A DNA stretch of 58,523 nucleotides, taken from Thermoplasmata archaeon. GTDB lineage: Archaea; Thermoplasmatota; Thermoplasmata; Lutacidiplasmatales; SKW197. This document shows, piece after piece, positions 45,576-58,429 of this stretch. A model generated the notes under the pieces. That model did not search any database, had not been told where the DNA came from, and saw nothing but the letters and a program-made list of their open reading frames with translations. Positions within the stretch are counted from its first letter, which is position 1, and each line of letters opens with the position of its first letter. The position numbers and the translations under genes are program-made. The DNA lies in contig JBMFNP010000004.1 of assembly GCA_049970095.1 (NCBI GenBank), positions 1 to 58,523 on the forward strand, read 5' to 3'.

Positions 45576-47033
45576 CTATATTGGACCTGCGTCACTTCCC
45601 GCCATCATCAGCAATTCCTGGAATTTCTGGTAATTTCTTGCGTAAAGGTCTGCATATTCAGCCCTGGGCTTAACTTTCTCAATTTCTTCAACCATTGAAT
45701 CCACTGCCTTGTTAATGCCATCATAAACTCCCAGAGATGCAAATGAAATCACAGCAGCGCCCATTCCAGCAGACTCAGAACTTGCATGCATCAGGGAGAC
45801 GGGCCTTCCAATAATGTCTGCCATAATCTGACGCCACACTTTAGAGCGTGCACCCCCGCCATCCAGATAAACCTCAGTGGCATAAGCATTCAGCCCGTGC
45901 ATCATCTCAAGGAAAAATCTTGCAGAGTAGGCGGCACCTTCCATAATTGCCCTGATCATGGAATTTTTTTTCATGTTCAAGTCCAGATTGTAAAATATTC
46001 CTCTGCCATAGAGCATCAGGGGTACAAAAAGAAGCCCTTCTGCACCAGGACTTGAGCGTTCTGCAAGCACATTCATTACATCATAAGGATTCCTGTTTGC
46101 CCTTTTTGCATCCTGAATTATGTCGCTACAACAATTGTCCCTGAACCAGCGTAATGCCAGGCCTGTTCCTGGCAATGTGGCTTCCAGTAACCACTTTCCC
46201 TCAATGGCATGCGGCAGCATATACATTTTTGTGGGTTTATCAAAATAATCAAACAACGGTTCTGAGGCACACACATCAATGTTCAGAGAAGTGTCAACAG
46301 AAATTTTTGCGGTAGCGTCCCTGACTGCACCCACACCCACAGCACCACACTGGGCTGTAGCACCACCTAGAATTACTGAGATGTTTTCAGGAAGGTCCAT
46401 ATCTCTTGCTGCTTCTATGCTCAGTGCGCCCACAACTGTGCCTGGGGGAAATACTTCTGGCAGCATCTCAACTGGAACACCGCACTGTGTAAGCATGCTT
46501 TCATCCCATTTCATTGATTTTATGTCAAGCCCGAGACCTGGAGCGTTTGTGGTGTCTATTGCAAAGCGTCTGCATAATTTGTGGATGATGTATGTCTGGG
46601 ATGTTCCAAATTTGAATGTGCGATAGAATGCATCTGCATAGTAATCTCTCAAAAGGAGAATCTTGTACAGTCCGTGCCGCTGTGGAAATACTTCACGGAA
46701 ATGCTCAATTCCCTGGCTTGTCCTGGTGTCAAGCCAGCAAATCCCAGGATAAAGATTTCTTCCCAACTCGTCCATGGGTGTGAGTACATCGGGGTCGTTT
46801 GTAATTGTCACTGCAATAATCTCTGCGTTTTTCCCAGCCATTGCAACTGCCTGCCTCATTGTGTAAACTGCAGAGCCATACCAGTGTTCAGGATTCTGTT
46901 CCATTGCACCTGGCATCGGAGAGGTTGTGGGAAATTCGTGTATAGCGTTTCCTAAAATGTCACCACTTTCACTGATTATTAGAGAGCGCACCTTTGTGTG
47001 TTCCACACAGATTACTGCGACACATCTAGCCAT
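45576..47033 (-). CDS. FGGY-family carbohydrate kinase
   Basis: EQNPEHWY near the N-terminus. The 485-aa two-domain length and C-terminal GGGARS are typical of the family. Confidence 0.8.
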   Translation of the reverse strand: MARCVAVICVEHTKVRSLIISESGDILGNAIHEFPTTSPMPGAMEQNPEHWYGSAVYTMRQAVAMAGKNAEIIAVTITNDPDVLTPMDELGRNLYPGICWLDTRTSQGIEHFREVFPQRHGLYKILLLRDYYADAFYRTFKFGTSQTYIIHKLCRRFAIDTTNAPGLGLDIKSMKWDESMLTQCGVPVEMLPEVFPPGTVVGALSIEAARDMDLPENISVILGGATAQCGAVGVGAVRDATAKISVDTSLNIDVCASEPLFDYFDKPTKMYMLPHAIEGKWLLEATLPGTGLALRWFRDNCCSDIIQDAKRANRNPYDVMNVLAERSSPGAEGLLFVPLMLYGRGIFYNLDLNMKKNSMIRAIMEGAAYSARFFLEMMHGLNAYATEVYLDGGGARSKVWRQIMADIIGRPVSLMHASSESAGMGAAVISFASLGVYDGINKAVDSMVEEIEKVKPRAEYADLYARNYQKFQELLMMAGSDAGPI

Positions 47034-47240
47034 ACTTCATCACATTCCGCAAAGTTGGAAATACTGGTTATTTTTGCCTTTGTGTCCATGTATAGTATGA
47101 GAGTATATATTACTTACTTCTTATGTGGGATTTAAAGTGTCAAGGGATCTACTTCCAAGTAACAGGAATTTGCTTCTTCTTTTCCACAGTTTTCACCTAT
47201 AGCCAGTATCTCCCAATATAACCCCACCCTTTGCGAAATA

Positions 47241-47248
47241 TTTATATA
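47241..47248 (+). promoter_or_regulatory. TATA-like box upstream of dnaK
   Basis: tttatata lies ~30 nt upstream of the first in-frame ATG codons (47275 and 47281). Confidence 0.35.
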
Positions 47249-47280
47249 GTAGTGCATTTATACCTATTTTGGCGATGAAC

Positions 47281-49125
47281 ATGGCGAAAATTATAGGGAT
47301 TGATCTTGGAACAAGCAATTCTGCAGCAGCAGTGATTGAGGGAGGAAAGCCTGTGATAATTCCAAGTGCTGAAGGAACCACTCTCGGAGGCAAGGCATTC
47401 CCATCTTATGTGGCTTTCACAAAGGATGGACAGCTTCTTGTAGGCGAGCCGGCAAGAAGGCAGGCAATAACAAACCCGGAAGGCACAGTTTACGCTGTAA
47501 AACGAAAGATGGGTACTGACTACAAATACAATATCTATGGAAAAGAATTTACACCCCAGCAACTCTCTGCATTCATCCTCCAGAAAATAAAGAAGGATGC
47601 AGAAGCATTTCTGGGTGAAAAAATTGAAAAGGCTGTCATCACAGTGCCTGCATATTTCAACGACAATCAGCGCCAGGCAACAAAGGATGCGGGCACAATT
47701 GCAGGGCTTGATGTGGTCAGAATAATTAACGAACCCACAGCTGCATCCCTTGCATATGGAATTGACAAGGCTGGAAAGGAACAGAAAATCCTGGTTTTTG
47801 ATTTGGGCGGTGGAACCCTTGATGTGACAATTATGGAATTTGGTGAGGGGGTTTTTGAAGTGCTTTCAACATCTGGAGATACGCAGCTGGGTGGCACAGA
47901 TATGGACAATGCAATAATTGAGTACATTTGTGAAAAATTCAAGGAAGAGACAGGAATTGACTTAAAAAAAGACAGGATGGCAATGATGCGGCTCAAGGAT
48001 GCTGCAGAGAAGGCAAAAATTGAGTTATCCTCAGTACTCCAGACAGAAATAAACCTTCCTTTTATCTCCGCAGACAGCAGTGGTCCAAAACACCTTCAGA
48101 TGACACTGACGAGAGCCAAACTTGAAGAACTCATTGAACCCATTCTCAAGAGATGTGAAGCCCCCATCAACCAGGCATTAAAGGATGCAAAGTTAACGAG
48201 TGCTGATATAGACAGGGTAATTCTTGTAGGGGGACCAACCAGAATGCCTGCAGTCCAGAACTTTGTTGAAAAAATCTTGGGGAAAAAAATAGAAAGAGGT
48301 GTAGATCCTATGGAGTGCGTGGCAATAGGGGCTGCCATTCAGGGTGCAGTGCTTGCTGGCGAAGTCAAGGACATTCTTCTCTTGGATGTTACTCCCCTTT
48401 CTCTTGGAGTGGAAACACTTGGGGGTGTATTCACAAAGATAATTGAAAGGAATACCACAATTCCGACCAGAAAGACAGAGGTTTTTACCACTGCATCAGA
48501 TTTCCAGAATACTGTGGAAATTCATGTACTCCAGGGAGAGAGACCCCTGGCAAAGGACAATACATCCCTTGGTAGATTCCTCCTTTCCGGGATTCCCCCT
48601 GCACCTAGAGGTGTCCCACAGATTGAAGTCACTTTTGATATAGATGCAAATGGCATTCTGCATGTTTCTGCAAAGGACCGTGCAACTGGCAAATCACAGA
48701 GTATTACAATTACTGCATCTACAAAACTGAGCAAGGAACAGATTGAAGCAATGATAAAGGAAGCAGAAAAGTACGCTGCTGAAGATAAGAAAGTGCTGGA
48801 AAAAGTAGAGATGAAGAACAAAGCAGAATCACTTGTTTATAACACCAGAAAGATGCTTAACGAATTCAAGGACAAAATAAATGATGAAGAAAAGAAGAAA
48901 ATTGAGGAAGGAATTGAAAATCTGAACAAGGCAATTGAAAAGGAAGATATTGTGGAAATGAAGAAAGCAATGGATGAACTTCTGAACACTGTTAGTGGTG
49001 TAAGCACAAGGTTGTATCAGCAGAGTGCACCCCCACAATCCCATGATAAGAATCAGCAGAGCGGAGAAGAGCAGGGGAAGAAAGAATGTGTAGATGCGGA
49101 ATACAAAAAAGTAGATGAAAAATGA
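47281..49125 (+). CDS. dnaK: Chaperone DnaK (Hsp70)
   Basis: [20 protein letters not shown] and VGGPTRMP motifs. Confidence 0.95.
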   Translation: MAKIIGIDLGTSNSAAAVIEGGKPVIIPSAEGTTLGGKAFPSYVAFTKDGQLLVGEPARRQAITNPEGTVYAVKRKMGTDYKYNIYGKEFTPQQLSAFILQKIKKDAEAFLGEKIEKAVITVPAYFNDNQRQATKDAGTIAGLDVVRIINEPTAASLAYGIDKAGKEQKILVFDLGGGTLDVTIMEFGEGVFEVLSTSGDTQLGGTDMDNAIIEYICEKFKEETGIDLKKDRMAMMRLKDAAEKAKIELSSVLQTEINLPFISADSSGPKHLQMTLTRAKLEELIEPILKRCEAPINQALKDAKLTSADIDRVILVGGPTRMPAVQNFVEKILGKKIERGVDPMECVAIGAAIQGAVLAGEVKDILLLDVTPLSLGVETLGGVFTKIIERNTTIPTRKTEVFTTASDFQNTVEIHVLQGERPLAKDNTSLGRFLLSGIPPAPRGVPQIEVTFDIDANGILHVSAKDRATGKSQSITITASTKLSKEQIEAMIKEAEKYAAEDKKVLEKVEMKNKAESLVYNTRKMLNEFKDKINDEEKKKIEEGIENLNKAIEKEDIVEMKKAMDELLNTVSGVSTRLYQQSAPPQSHDKNQQSGEEQGKKECVDAEYKKVDEK

Positions 49126-49169
49126 ATATTTAAAAAACCTTATTTACTATCACAAGTATAGGGTATTTG

Positions 49170-50687
49170 ATGAGCATAGGTAATCAGGTTTCTGGTCCGC
49201 AATCCAGTGAAATTGAACTCCTGAGGAGAGCAATCGGAAAATATTTCTCAATTTATGAAATCCGTATTAGCCAAATGGAGGTTGTGTTCCACATTCGCAC
49301 CAGAGAAGAAACATTGGAAGAAAACTTTGATGCATTGAGAAAAGAACTGTTGCCCCAGAACTATGTACCCACACTCACACTTGAATCCGGGGAGCACATA
49401 ATTCATGTAATGAAGAAGCCATCTACGAAGTCTTCAAATGTGATCTGGAACATAATTCTCCTCGCAGGTACAATCTGTACAACAACATTCGCTGGGATGA
49501 CGCTCTGGGCTGGATACATTGGAATTACCCAGACAGACAAAATGCTGACATTTGGTGTGCTTGTGTCTGGAATTCTGTTCTTTGCAATTCCTTTAATGGT
49601 CATCTTAGGTGTCCATGAACTTGGGCACTATTTTGCAGCAAAAAGGCATGGTGTGAGTGCAACACTTCCATACTTTATACCAGTGCCACCGCCATTTCTT
49701 TTTGGTACAATGGGTGCCTTTATCAGCATAAAAGAGCCAATTCCGAATAAAAAAGCCCTGTTGGATATAGGTGTTGCTGGACCCATTTGCGGTTTCATTG
49801 CTGCAATCCCTGTGACAGTGCTTGGACTTTATCTCTCCACGGTGTTCCCGCCAACGATTACTGATGGTGGAGGCTTGATTTTAGGATCTTCCCTGTTATT
49901 TGATGCAATCTCAAGGCTTGTGCCGTTCGCATCTGAGGGCATCCATCCGATGGCAATTGCTGGCTGGGTAGGACTATTTGTCACGGCAATCAATCTTTTA
50001 CCTGCAGGTCAACTGGACGGGGGACACATTGTACATGCACTCCTGGGCACAAACGCAAGGTACCTGGGTTACATCGCAATATTCGCAATGCTAATAATGA
50101 GCTTCATTTATCCAGGATGGTTGTTATTTGCATTTCTGGTAATCATCCTGGGGTTGAGGCACCCTCCACCTTTAAATACAGTGTCAAAATTAGACAGCAG
50201 GCGAAAACTTGTAGGGATTTTTGCAATCTTCATTCTTTTGAGCAGTTTCGTGGTGGTGCCCATCAGGGATGCAGAAGTTGATTTTGCAGTGGATGCGGAT
50301 GCAGCTGAAAAATATCTCTCCCCGGATCACACTGTAAGTTTCAATGTTTCAATAGTGAACCTCGGGGAAATTTACGCAAGATATTCCATACAGTTGGTAG
50401 GCGTGCAACTCACGAACAACAGTTCTACAATTGAGGACAGAAATTATAAGGAAAATCTTACACTTGAATACTTTTTCACCTCTGAAAACGGAACATCAAC
50501 CATCAAGAACACCAGTGCAGAAACACAGAGGACGAAGCCAGGTGAGAAAATTAACTTTGAAATTTTGGTCAGATTCAATTTTGAAAATTACTCAGAATTT
50601 AATTTTGCAAAGCTGAAATTTGCAGTTAGAGCAGTGGGTATAGATGTGCAAAAAGAGAAGGAGTTTACAGTGGCTCTCAAGCACTAA
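49170..50687 (+). CDS. Site-2 protease family (M50) membrane metalloprotease with a C-terminal extracytoplasmic domain
   Basis: HELGHYFAAKRHG (HExxH) in a TM helix. NLLPAGQLDGGH matches the second M50 motif. The sequon-rich tail is ~140 aa. Confidence 0.85.
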   Translation: MSIGNQVSGPQSSEIELLRRAIGKYFSIYEIRISQMEVVFHIRTREETLEENFDALRKELLPQNYVPTLTLESGEHIIHVMKKPSTKSSNVIWNIILLAGTICTTTFAGMTLWAGYIGITQTDKMLTFGVLVSGILFFAIPLMVILGVHELGHYFAAKRHGVSATLPYFIPVPPPFLFGTMGAFISIKEPIPNKKALLDIGVAGPICGFIAAIPVTVLGLYLSTVFPPTITDGGGLILGSSLLFDAISRLVPFASEGIHPMAIAGWVGLFVTAINLLPAGQLDGGHIVHALLGTNARYLGYIAIFAMLIMSFIYPGWLLFAFLVIILGLRHPPPLNTVSKLDSRRKLVGIFAIFILLSSFVVVPIRDAEVDFAVDADAAEKYLSPDHTVSFNVSIVNLGEIYARYSIQLVGVQLTNNSSTIEDRNYKENLTLEYFFTSENGTSTIKNTSAETQRTKPGEKINFEILVRFNFENYSEFNFAKLKFAVRAVGIDVQKEKEFTVALKH

Positions 50688-50848
50688 TATTCTGGCCTTC
50701 GCATAAGAAAAAGGTATGCCATAAGCATACCAAAGATTATGCAGATTGCACCCACAACCAGGTCATGCATCTGCACTGCAAAGTACACACCCAGGAGCAT
50801 GATCACAACTGCCAGAAAGTATCCTGCATTGACTATAATGCTGCTCAC
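50684..50848 (-). CDS. Possible 54-aa two-TM membrane protein (below the ORF-track cutoff)
   Basis: Hand translation from GTG 50848: VSSIIVNAGYFLAVVIMLLGVYFAVQMHDLVVGAICIIFGMLMAYLFLMRRPEY. There is no homology support. Confidence 0.3.
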   Translation of the reverse strand: MSSIIVNAGYFLAVVIMLLGVYFAVQMHDLVVGAICIIFGMLMAYLFLMRRPEY

Positions 50849-50936
50849 AAAACGGAAATTGTGATGTGGGATATTAATCTTTCTTCAGGTAAGGAAGAGT
50901 AGAATTATTTCGGACAGTAGTTCACATGCAATCCAG

Positions 50937-51116
50937 TCAACTTTCATCCTTTAATTCTTTCTTAATTTTCATCCCGAGAAAAATCAATATAATCGCAGGT
51001 AGAAAGGTGATGCATGTGCAGATACCTATAGAAGCAATTCCTGCCTCCCAGAACTCAAAACCAAAGCCCGACTGCGTGCTAAGATTAATGGCAAGCCCGG
51101 ATATCCAGAAAACCAT
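50937..51116 (-). CDS. Possible small two-TM membrane protein
   Basis: ORF 50937..51206. The internal ATG 51116 avoids overlap with gyrA. The sequence is hydrophobic (MVFWISGLAINL..., IASIGICTCITFLPAIILIFLG). Confidence 0.3.
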   Translation of the reverse strand: MVFWISGLAINLSTQSGFGFEFWEAGIASIGICTCITFLPAIILIFLGMKIKKELKDES

Positions 51117-51150
51117 CAACAATGCTCCTAATCCAAAGAAAATCACAACT

Positions 51151-53640
51151 TTATTTTCCTGCGTTATCAGTGGCGCTCTCTTCCTTTGCAAGTTTGGCAA
51201 CTGCAATCACCCTTTCCCCTTCGTCCAGGCGCATCACCCTTGCACCCATTGTATTCCTTCCCTGCCTTGGGATTTCTGAAACCTTTGTGCGGATCACCTT
51301 TGAAGCATGGCTCGTCACAATAATTTCATCAGTTTCTTTTACGCCCAGTACCCTGACAACCTTTCCGTTTCGCTCATTTGTAACTATGGTAATAACACCC
51401 TTAGCACCTCTTTTTGTCTTCCTATATTCTTCAAGCAAAGTGCGCTTTCCATAGCCGTTTTCAGTGATTGAAAGAAGATCCTCTCCTGGCTCCACTGTAG
51501 CCATGCTCACAACATAATCCCCCTCATTCAACCTGATTCCGATTACTCCGTATGTGGCTCTGCCCATAGCCCGCACATCACTTTCATTGAACCGTACAGC
51601 CAGCCCATCTGCAGTCGCGAGAATTACCTCCTGATTACCTTCAGATATATGTACATCAATCAGTTCATCATCCTTCTCAAGATTGATTGCAATGATTCCA
51701 CTGCTACGGATGTTTGTGTATTCAGAAAGCTGGGTCTTCTTGATTAATCCTTTTTTAGTGGCAAACACGAGGAAGTGTTTGTCGTCAAATTCCCGCACAG
51801 CTACTGCAGTAAGCACTCTTTCGTCTTGCTCAAGTTTCTGGAGCAGATTCACGATTGCCTTTCCCTTCGCATATCTCTCGCCCTGTGGAATTTCATATGC
51901 CTTTATCTGATACACCTTACCTTTTGTGGTGAAGAAAAGGATGTTATCATGCGTCATTGCATGAATGATTCTTGTAATGTAATCCTCCTCCTTTGTTTCC
52001 ATGCCAATCAATCCTTTACCACCCCTTCTCTGCATCCTGTAAGATTCCACAGGCATTCTTTTGATATACCCAGTGTTCGTGAAAAGAATCACTGTTTCTT
52101 CATCAGGAATCAAATCTTCCACCCTCACTTCCCTTGTGCTGATTTCAATCTGGGTTTTCCTTGCATCACCGTATTTCTCCTTGAGTTCCAGCAATTCCCT
52201 TTTTATCACACCCAAGATTTTTTCTCTAGAAGAGAGCAAAACCCTGAGTTCCTGGATTTTCTGATTAAGGGAGTTGAGTTCAGAGCGAACCGCATCTACC
52301 TCCATTCCTGTGAGTTTCTGAAGACGCATTTCAAGAATTGCCTTTGCCTGTTCCTCACTCAGAAGGAAGCGCGCCATCAATGCCTTCTTTGCATCCTCAA
52401 CTGTCTTTGACTTTCTTATAATTCTTATTGTTTCGTCAATATTTTCAAGGGCAATAATCAGTCCGTTAAGAATGTGTGCTCTTTCTTCTGCCTTTTTCAG
52501 TTCATACTGGGTGCGTTTTGTTACCACATCTATCCGATATTCCACAAAGCATTGGATGATTTCTTTGATGTTCAGAAGCTTGGGCACATTATTCACAAGT
52601 GCAAGGTTAATTATTCCATAGGAAAGTTCCATCTGGGTATGTGCAAACAGCTGGTTAAGCACAATCTCCTCCATTGCGTCCTTCTTTAGCTCAATGACCA
52701 CGCGCAAACCTTCCCTGTCAGATTCATCCCTGAGATCTGAAATTCCCTCAATCTTCTTATCCTTTACAAGTTCTGCAATTTTTTCCAGAAGCTGTGCCTT
52801 ATTTACTGTATAAGGAATTTCTGTTACCACAATCGCGGTTTTTCCACGCACCTCTTCAATCTTTGTTTTTGCCCTAATTGTGATTATTCCTCTCCCTGTC
52901 TGGTACGCCTCCCTTATGCCGTTTATGCCATATATTATTCCGCCAGTTGGAAAGTCGGGTCCTTTTATTATTTCCATGAGTGCGTCAATGCTTACATCTG
53001 GGTTCTCTATGTATTTTATAATTCCATCAACAACCTCTGAAAGATTGTGTGGCGGTATGTTTGTAGCCATGCCCACGGCAATTCCAGAAGAGCCGTTCAC
53101 GAGCAGGTTTGGAAGTTTTCCAGGCAACACAACAGGTTCCTTCAGGCTTGCATCAAAATTATCCACCCATGGAACTGTCTCCTTTTCAATATCCTCAAGC
53201 ATCTCCCCTGCAATCTTAGAAAGCCTTGCTTCTGTGTAGCGCATTGCTGCAGGTACATCTCCATCAACTGAGCCAAAGTTTCCCTGGCCATCTATAAGAG
53301 GGTATCTCATTGAGAAATCCTGTGCCATTCTTACAAGCGCATCATAAATTGCACTCTCTCCATGCGGATGATACTTACCAAGCACATCACCTACGGTTCT
53401 CGCAGATTTTTTATATGGTTTGTCATGAGTTGTAGCTGACTCATACATTGCATACAGGATTCTGCGCTGCACAGGCTTTAAACCATCTTTCACATCAGGC
53501 AATGCCCTACCCACGATAACACTCATTGCGTAATCAATGTAGGATTTTTTCATTTCATGTTCTATTGCCCTATCCACAATCCTCTTTCCTTTCTGAGGTT
53601 CTGCTGGGGCATGTGAATCCATTGCTTGGTTTTCTGCCAT
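51151..53640 (-). CDS. gyrA: DNA gyrase subunit A
   Basis: [12 protein letters not shown], the AAMRYTE active-site Tyr region, and C-terminal beta-pinwheel repeats. Confidence 0.95.
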   Translation of the reverse strand: MAENQAMDSHAPAEPQKGKRIVDRAIEHEMKKSYIDYAMSVIVGRALPDVKDGLKPVQRRILYAMYESATTHDKPYKKSARTVGDVLGKYHPHGESAIYDALVRMAQDFSMRYPLIDGQGNFGSVDGDVPAAMRYTEARLSKIAGEMLEDIEKETVPWVDNFDASLKEPVVLPGKLPNLLVNGSSGIAVGMATNIPPHNLSEVVDGIIKYIENPDVSIDALMEIIKGPDFPTGGIIYGINGIREAYQTGRGIITIRAKTKIEEVRGKTAIVVTEIPYTVNKAQLLEKIAELVKDKKIEGISDLRDESDREGLRVVIELKKDAMEEIVLNQLFAHTQMELSYGIINLALVNNVPKLLNIKEIIQCFVEYRIDVVTKRTQYELKKAEERAHILNGLIIALENIDETIRIIRKSKTVEDAKKALMARFLLSEEQAKAILEMRLQKLTGMEVDAVRSELNSLNQKIQELRVLLSSREKILGVIKRELLELKEKYGDARKTQIEISTREVRVEDLIPDEETVILFTNTGYIKRMPVESYRMQRRGGKGLIGMETKEEDYITRIIHAMTHDNILFFTTKGKVYQIKAYEIPQGERYAKGKAIVNLLQKLEQDERVLTAVAVREFDDKHFLVFATKKGLIKKTQLSEYTNIRSSGIIAINLEKDDELIDVHISEGNQEVILATADGLAVRFNESDVRAMGRATYGVIGIRLNEGDYVVSMATVEPGEDLLSITENGYGKRTLLEEYRKTKRGAKGVITIVTNERNGKVVRVLGVKETDEIIVTSHASKVIRTKVSEIPRQGRNTMGARVMRLDEGERVIAVAKLAKEESATDNAGK

Positions 53641-53652
53641 TCAAAATTCCCC

Positions 53653-55584
<1,932 letters not shown>

Positions 55585-55689
55585 TCAGATTGGTTAAAGA
55601 AGGATCATATATGACCTATACATTTTCTACAACCTCTTACTAACACTATCTTTATTTACTTCCTGCCTATCTATCTTTACGGTGATTTG

Positions 55690-56463
55690 ATGCCTGAACC
55701 CAAGGAAATCGTGAAAAAGAAGATGATTGAAAAAAGCGTACAGATAGTTGAAAATAAGAAAATAAAATGTGAAAATGCTGTCTTTATTGAAGCATTACCC
55801 AGCGTTGGTCTCATAGGCAGCATTGTTGGAAATTTTCTGGTTGATAATTTCAAACTTGAAAAGATTGCCACAATTGTTTCAGATTATTTTCCACCCGTTG
55901 CCATTGTGCGCAATTCAGTACCCATGCACCCTGTAAGAATATACGGAAATGACAAAATTCTGGTATTTCTTTCTGAGTTTGTACCAGAACCATTCCTAAC
56001 AAAAGAAATATCTGATCTCATCTTGGAACTTGCAAAAGCCAGAAAATGCTCAATGATAATTTCCCCCGAGGGTGTGGTTTACAACGGAGCACAGGGTGAG
56101 GGAGGAATATATGGTGTGGGTTCCACCGAACGCATGAGGAAACTGCTGGCGGAACACAATATTTCAATGCTCAGGGATGGCATAATCTCAGGAATCTCAG
56201 GAACCCTGCTTGCTGATGGAGAACTCAGTGGAATTGATGTCCTCTGTCTCCTAGCGGAAAGCAACCCAAGTATGCCAGATGCAAGGGCAGCAATCAAAAT
56301 AGTAAAGACAATTGATAAACTCCTCCCAGATATAGAAATAGACACCACACCCCTTGAAGCCCAGGCAGCAATGTTTGAGGAAATGTTCAAAGCCTCTGTG
56401 GAAAAAGCAAAGGCCAGTTTGGCAAAGCATGAAATAGACTCGTTCCACACGATGTATGGGTGA
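55690..56463 (+). CDS. PAC2-family proteasome assembly chaperone (PbaA/PbaB-like)
   Basis: IEALPSVGLIGSIVGNFL N-terminal motif, ~257 aa, and C-terminal Met-Tyr-Gly (HbYX-like). Confidence 0.7.
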   Translation: MPEPKEIVKKKMIEKSVQIVENKKIKCENAVFIEALPSVGLIGSIVGNFLVDNFKLEKIATIVSDYFPPVAIVRNSVPMHPVRIYGNDKILVFLSEFVPEPFLTKEISDLILELAKARKCSMIISPEGVVYNGAQGEGGIYGVGSTERMRKLLAEHNISMLRDGIISGISGTLLADGELSGIDVLCLLAESNPSMPDARAAIKIVKTIDKLLPDIEIDTTPLEAQAAMFEEMFKASVEKAKASLAKHEIDSFHTMYG

Positions 56464-56471
56464 GATTAACC

Positions 56472-57419
56472 ATGTTTAAACCAGAGGAATTTGTAGAAAC
56501 TACGGTTCGGGAACTGAAAGCTAGAATTAGTGGGAAGGCAATTATTGCGTGCTCTGGTGGTGTGGACAGTACTACTGCAGCAGTGCTTGTGGCCAAGGCA
56601 ATCGGTTCGAATCTTCTTGCAGTTTATGTTGACACTGGACTGATGAGGAAAAATGAGAGCGAGAGTGTCAAGAAAACATTTCAGGCACTTGGATTAAACT
56701 ATAAAATAGTAGATGCAAGAAAGGAATTTATTGAGGCATTGAAAGGAGTGGTTGAGCCAGAAATGAAAAGAAAAATTATCGGGGAGAAATTTATCAGGGT
56801 TTTTGAAAGGGAAGCGAAGAATTTCGGAGCAGAGTATCTGGTGCAGGGTACCATTGCGCCAGACTGGATAGAAAGTGGAGATGGCTTAAGGGACACAATA
56901 AAATCCCACCACAATGTAGGTGGATTACCAAAGGAAATGCATCTTAAGATTGTGGAACCCTTGAGGGAGCTATACAAGGATGAGGTGAGAAAACTGGCAT
57001 CCTATCTTAATGTTCCTGTGCATGAACGCCAGCCATTTCCGGGCCCTGGTCTAGCAATTCGTGTACTCGGTGAAGTTACAGAAGAGAGATTAGAAATTGT
57101 AAGAGAGGCATGTGCAATTGTTGAGGAAGAATTGGAGAATGCTGTGAAAGCAGGCAAAATCGTAAGGCCATGGCAGTACTTTGCGGTCCTGCTCCCTGTT
57201 AAAAGCGTGGGTGTCCACGGAGATGTGCGCTCATATGGGTACACGGTGGGAATCAGGGCTGTGGATTCTGTGGATGCGATGAGTGCAGAATACTCTAAAA
57301 TTCCGCATGAAATCCTGGAAAAAATCTCAATAAGAATTACCAATGAACTGAAGGAAAAGGTAAATCGTGTGGTTTATGATATTACGCACAAACCCCCTGC
57401 AACAATAGAATGGGAATAG
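56472..57419 (+). CDS. guaA: GMP synthase subunit B (ATP pyrophosphatase plus dimerisation domain)
   Basis: SGGVDSTTAA PP-loop, HHNVGGLP, and the C-terminal KPPATIEWE. Confidence 0.92.
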   Translation: MFKPEEFVETTVRELKARISGKAIIACSGGVDSTTAAVLVAKAIGSNLLAVYVDTGLMRKNESESVKKTFQALGLNYKIVDARKEFIEALKGVVEPEMKRKIIGEKFIRVFEREAKNFGAEYLVQGTIAPDWIESGDGLRDTIKSHHNVGGLPKEMHLKIVEPLRELYKDEVRKLASYLNVPVHERQPFPGPGLAIRVLGEVTEERLEIVREACAIVEEELENAVKAGKIVRPWQYFAVLLPVKSVGVHGDVRSYGYTVGIRAVDSVDAMSAEYSKIPHEILEKISIRITNELKEKVNRVVYDITHKPPATIEWE

Positions 57420-57421
57420 CT

Positions 57422-58429
57422 CTAATCACACTCTGTTTTATTTTTCCACATTTTCGGGTACGTGCCTGGTGGCATTAATACTCGCAGTGGATGTAATGCT
57501 ATGCCCTTCTTTGCATTTGCGATTTCCATGCTGCCCATTTTTGCTTCTGCAAAGCAAACCCCTTCGTCTTTTAGGGAAAATACGCCCACAACACTCCCCT
57601 TTTCAATATTTTCGCTCAAACGCACAATTCCAGGTACATTTATATCTGCACCGTGGCACACAGCATCTACTGCAGAATCCTTCAGGTACACCTTAGGGAG
57701 GTGCTGGAGCATGCTTTCCATGGGCTGGAGAATTTTTTTGAGAGGTTCAATGTCACCTTCTTTGTAAAACTCGTATGCATCTTTCACTTCATGGAGTTTA
57801 ACTGCTTCCTCCTCTGTAAATCCAGCAGTCCTCACTCTTCTCAGTTCCTGAAGTTGTGCACCCACACCAAGTGCCTCGCCGATATCAGTACAGAGCGTTC
57901 TCACATAGGTACCTGAATCACATACCACCCTGAACAGCACAAGTCTTCCATCTATTTCCAGAATATTGAGTGCATGAATCTTTCTTATTCTGAGTTCACG
58001 TTTTACTGCAGCCCTTACAGGTGGCAACTGGTAGATGTCTCCAATAAATCGCAAAAACACCTTTCGGAGAGAATCTTCATTGATATCTCCATGGAGGCGC
58101 ATCAGTGCTACATATTCCTTTGTACCTATCAAGAGGCATGGAAGTGCTTTTGTGGCGTTTTTGAGGGAAACTGGGAGAACACCGCTTACTTTTGGGTCAA
58201 GTGTACCTGCATGTCCAGCTTTCGGAATTGAAAAAATTTGTTTTACCCAGGCAGTTACCTGGTGGCTGGTAGGACCAGGTGGTTTGTCAATGATTATCAA
58301 TCCGTTCTGGATGTGTTCCTCAACAGTTCTCATGTGAGGGGGTTTACCCCATTTAGGGTCAGTTTCTGCTTTGCAGAGTTCAATCATTGGAACAGGGATA
58401 GCAGGAGAGATATAGAAAGCTTTTTCCAA
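57422..58429 (-). CDS. cbf5: tRNA/rRNA pseudouridine synthase Cbf5 (TruB family, with PUA domain)
   Basis: DKPPGPTSH and HAGTLDPKVSGVLPV (catalytic Asp), plus a C-terminal PUA-like region. The start is either TTG 58429 or ATG 58387. Confidence 0.92.
   Translation of the reverse strand: MEKAFYISPAIPVPMIELCKAETDPKWGKPPHMRTVEEHIQNGLIIIDKPPGPTSHQVTAWVKQIFSIPKAGHAGTLDPKVSGVLPVSLKNATKALPCLLIGTKEYVALMRLHGDINEDSLRKVFLRFIGDIYQLPPVRAAVKRELRIRKIHALNILEIDGRLVLFRVVCDSGTYVRTLCTDIGEALGVGAQLQELRRVRTAGFTEEEAVKLHEVKDAYEFYKEGDIEPLKKILQPMESMLQHLPKVYLKDSAVDAVCHGADINVPGIVRLSENIEKGSVVGVFSLKDEGVCFAEAKMGSMEIANAKKGIALHPLRVLMPPGTYPKMWKNKTECD

Noticed and set aside
47193-47562. Minus-strand ORFs (47193..47393 and 47242..47562) at the dnaK start.
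   Set aside because: They lie antisense to the highly conserved DnaK N-terminus and its promoter region. The peptides are not recognisable.
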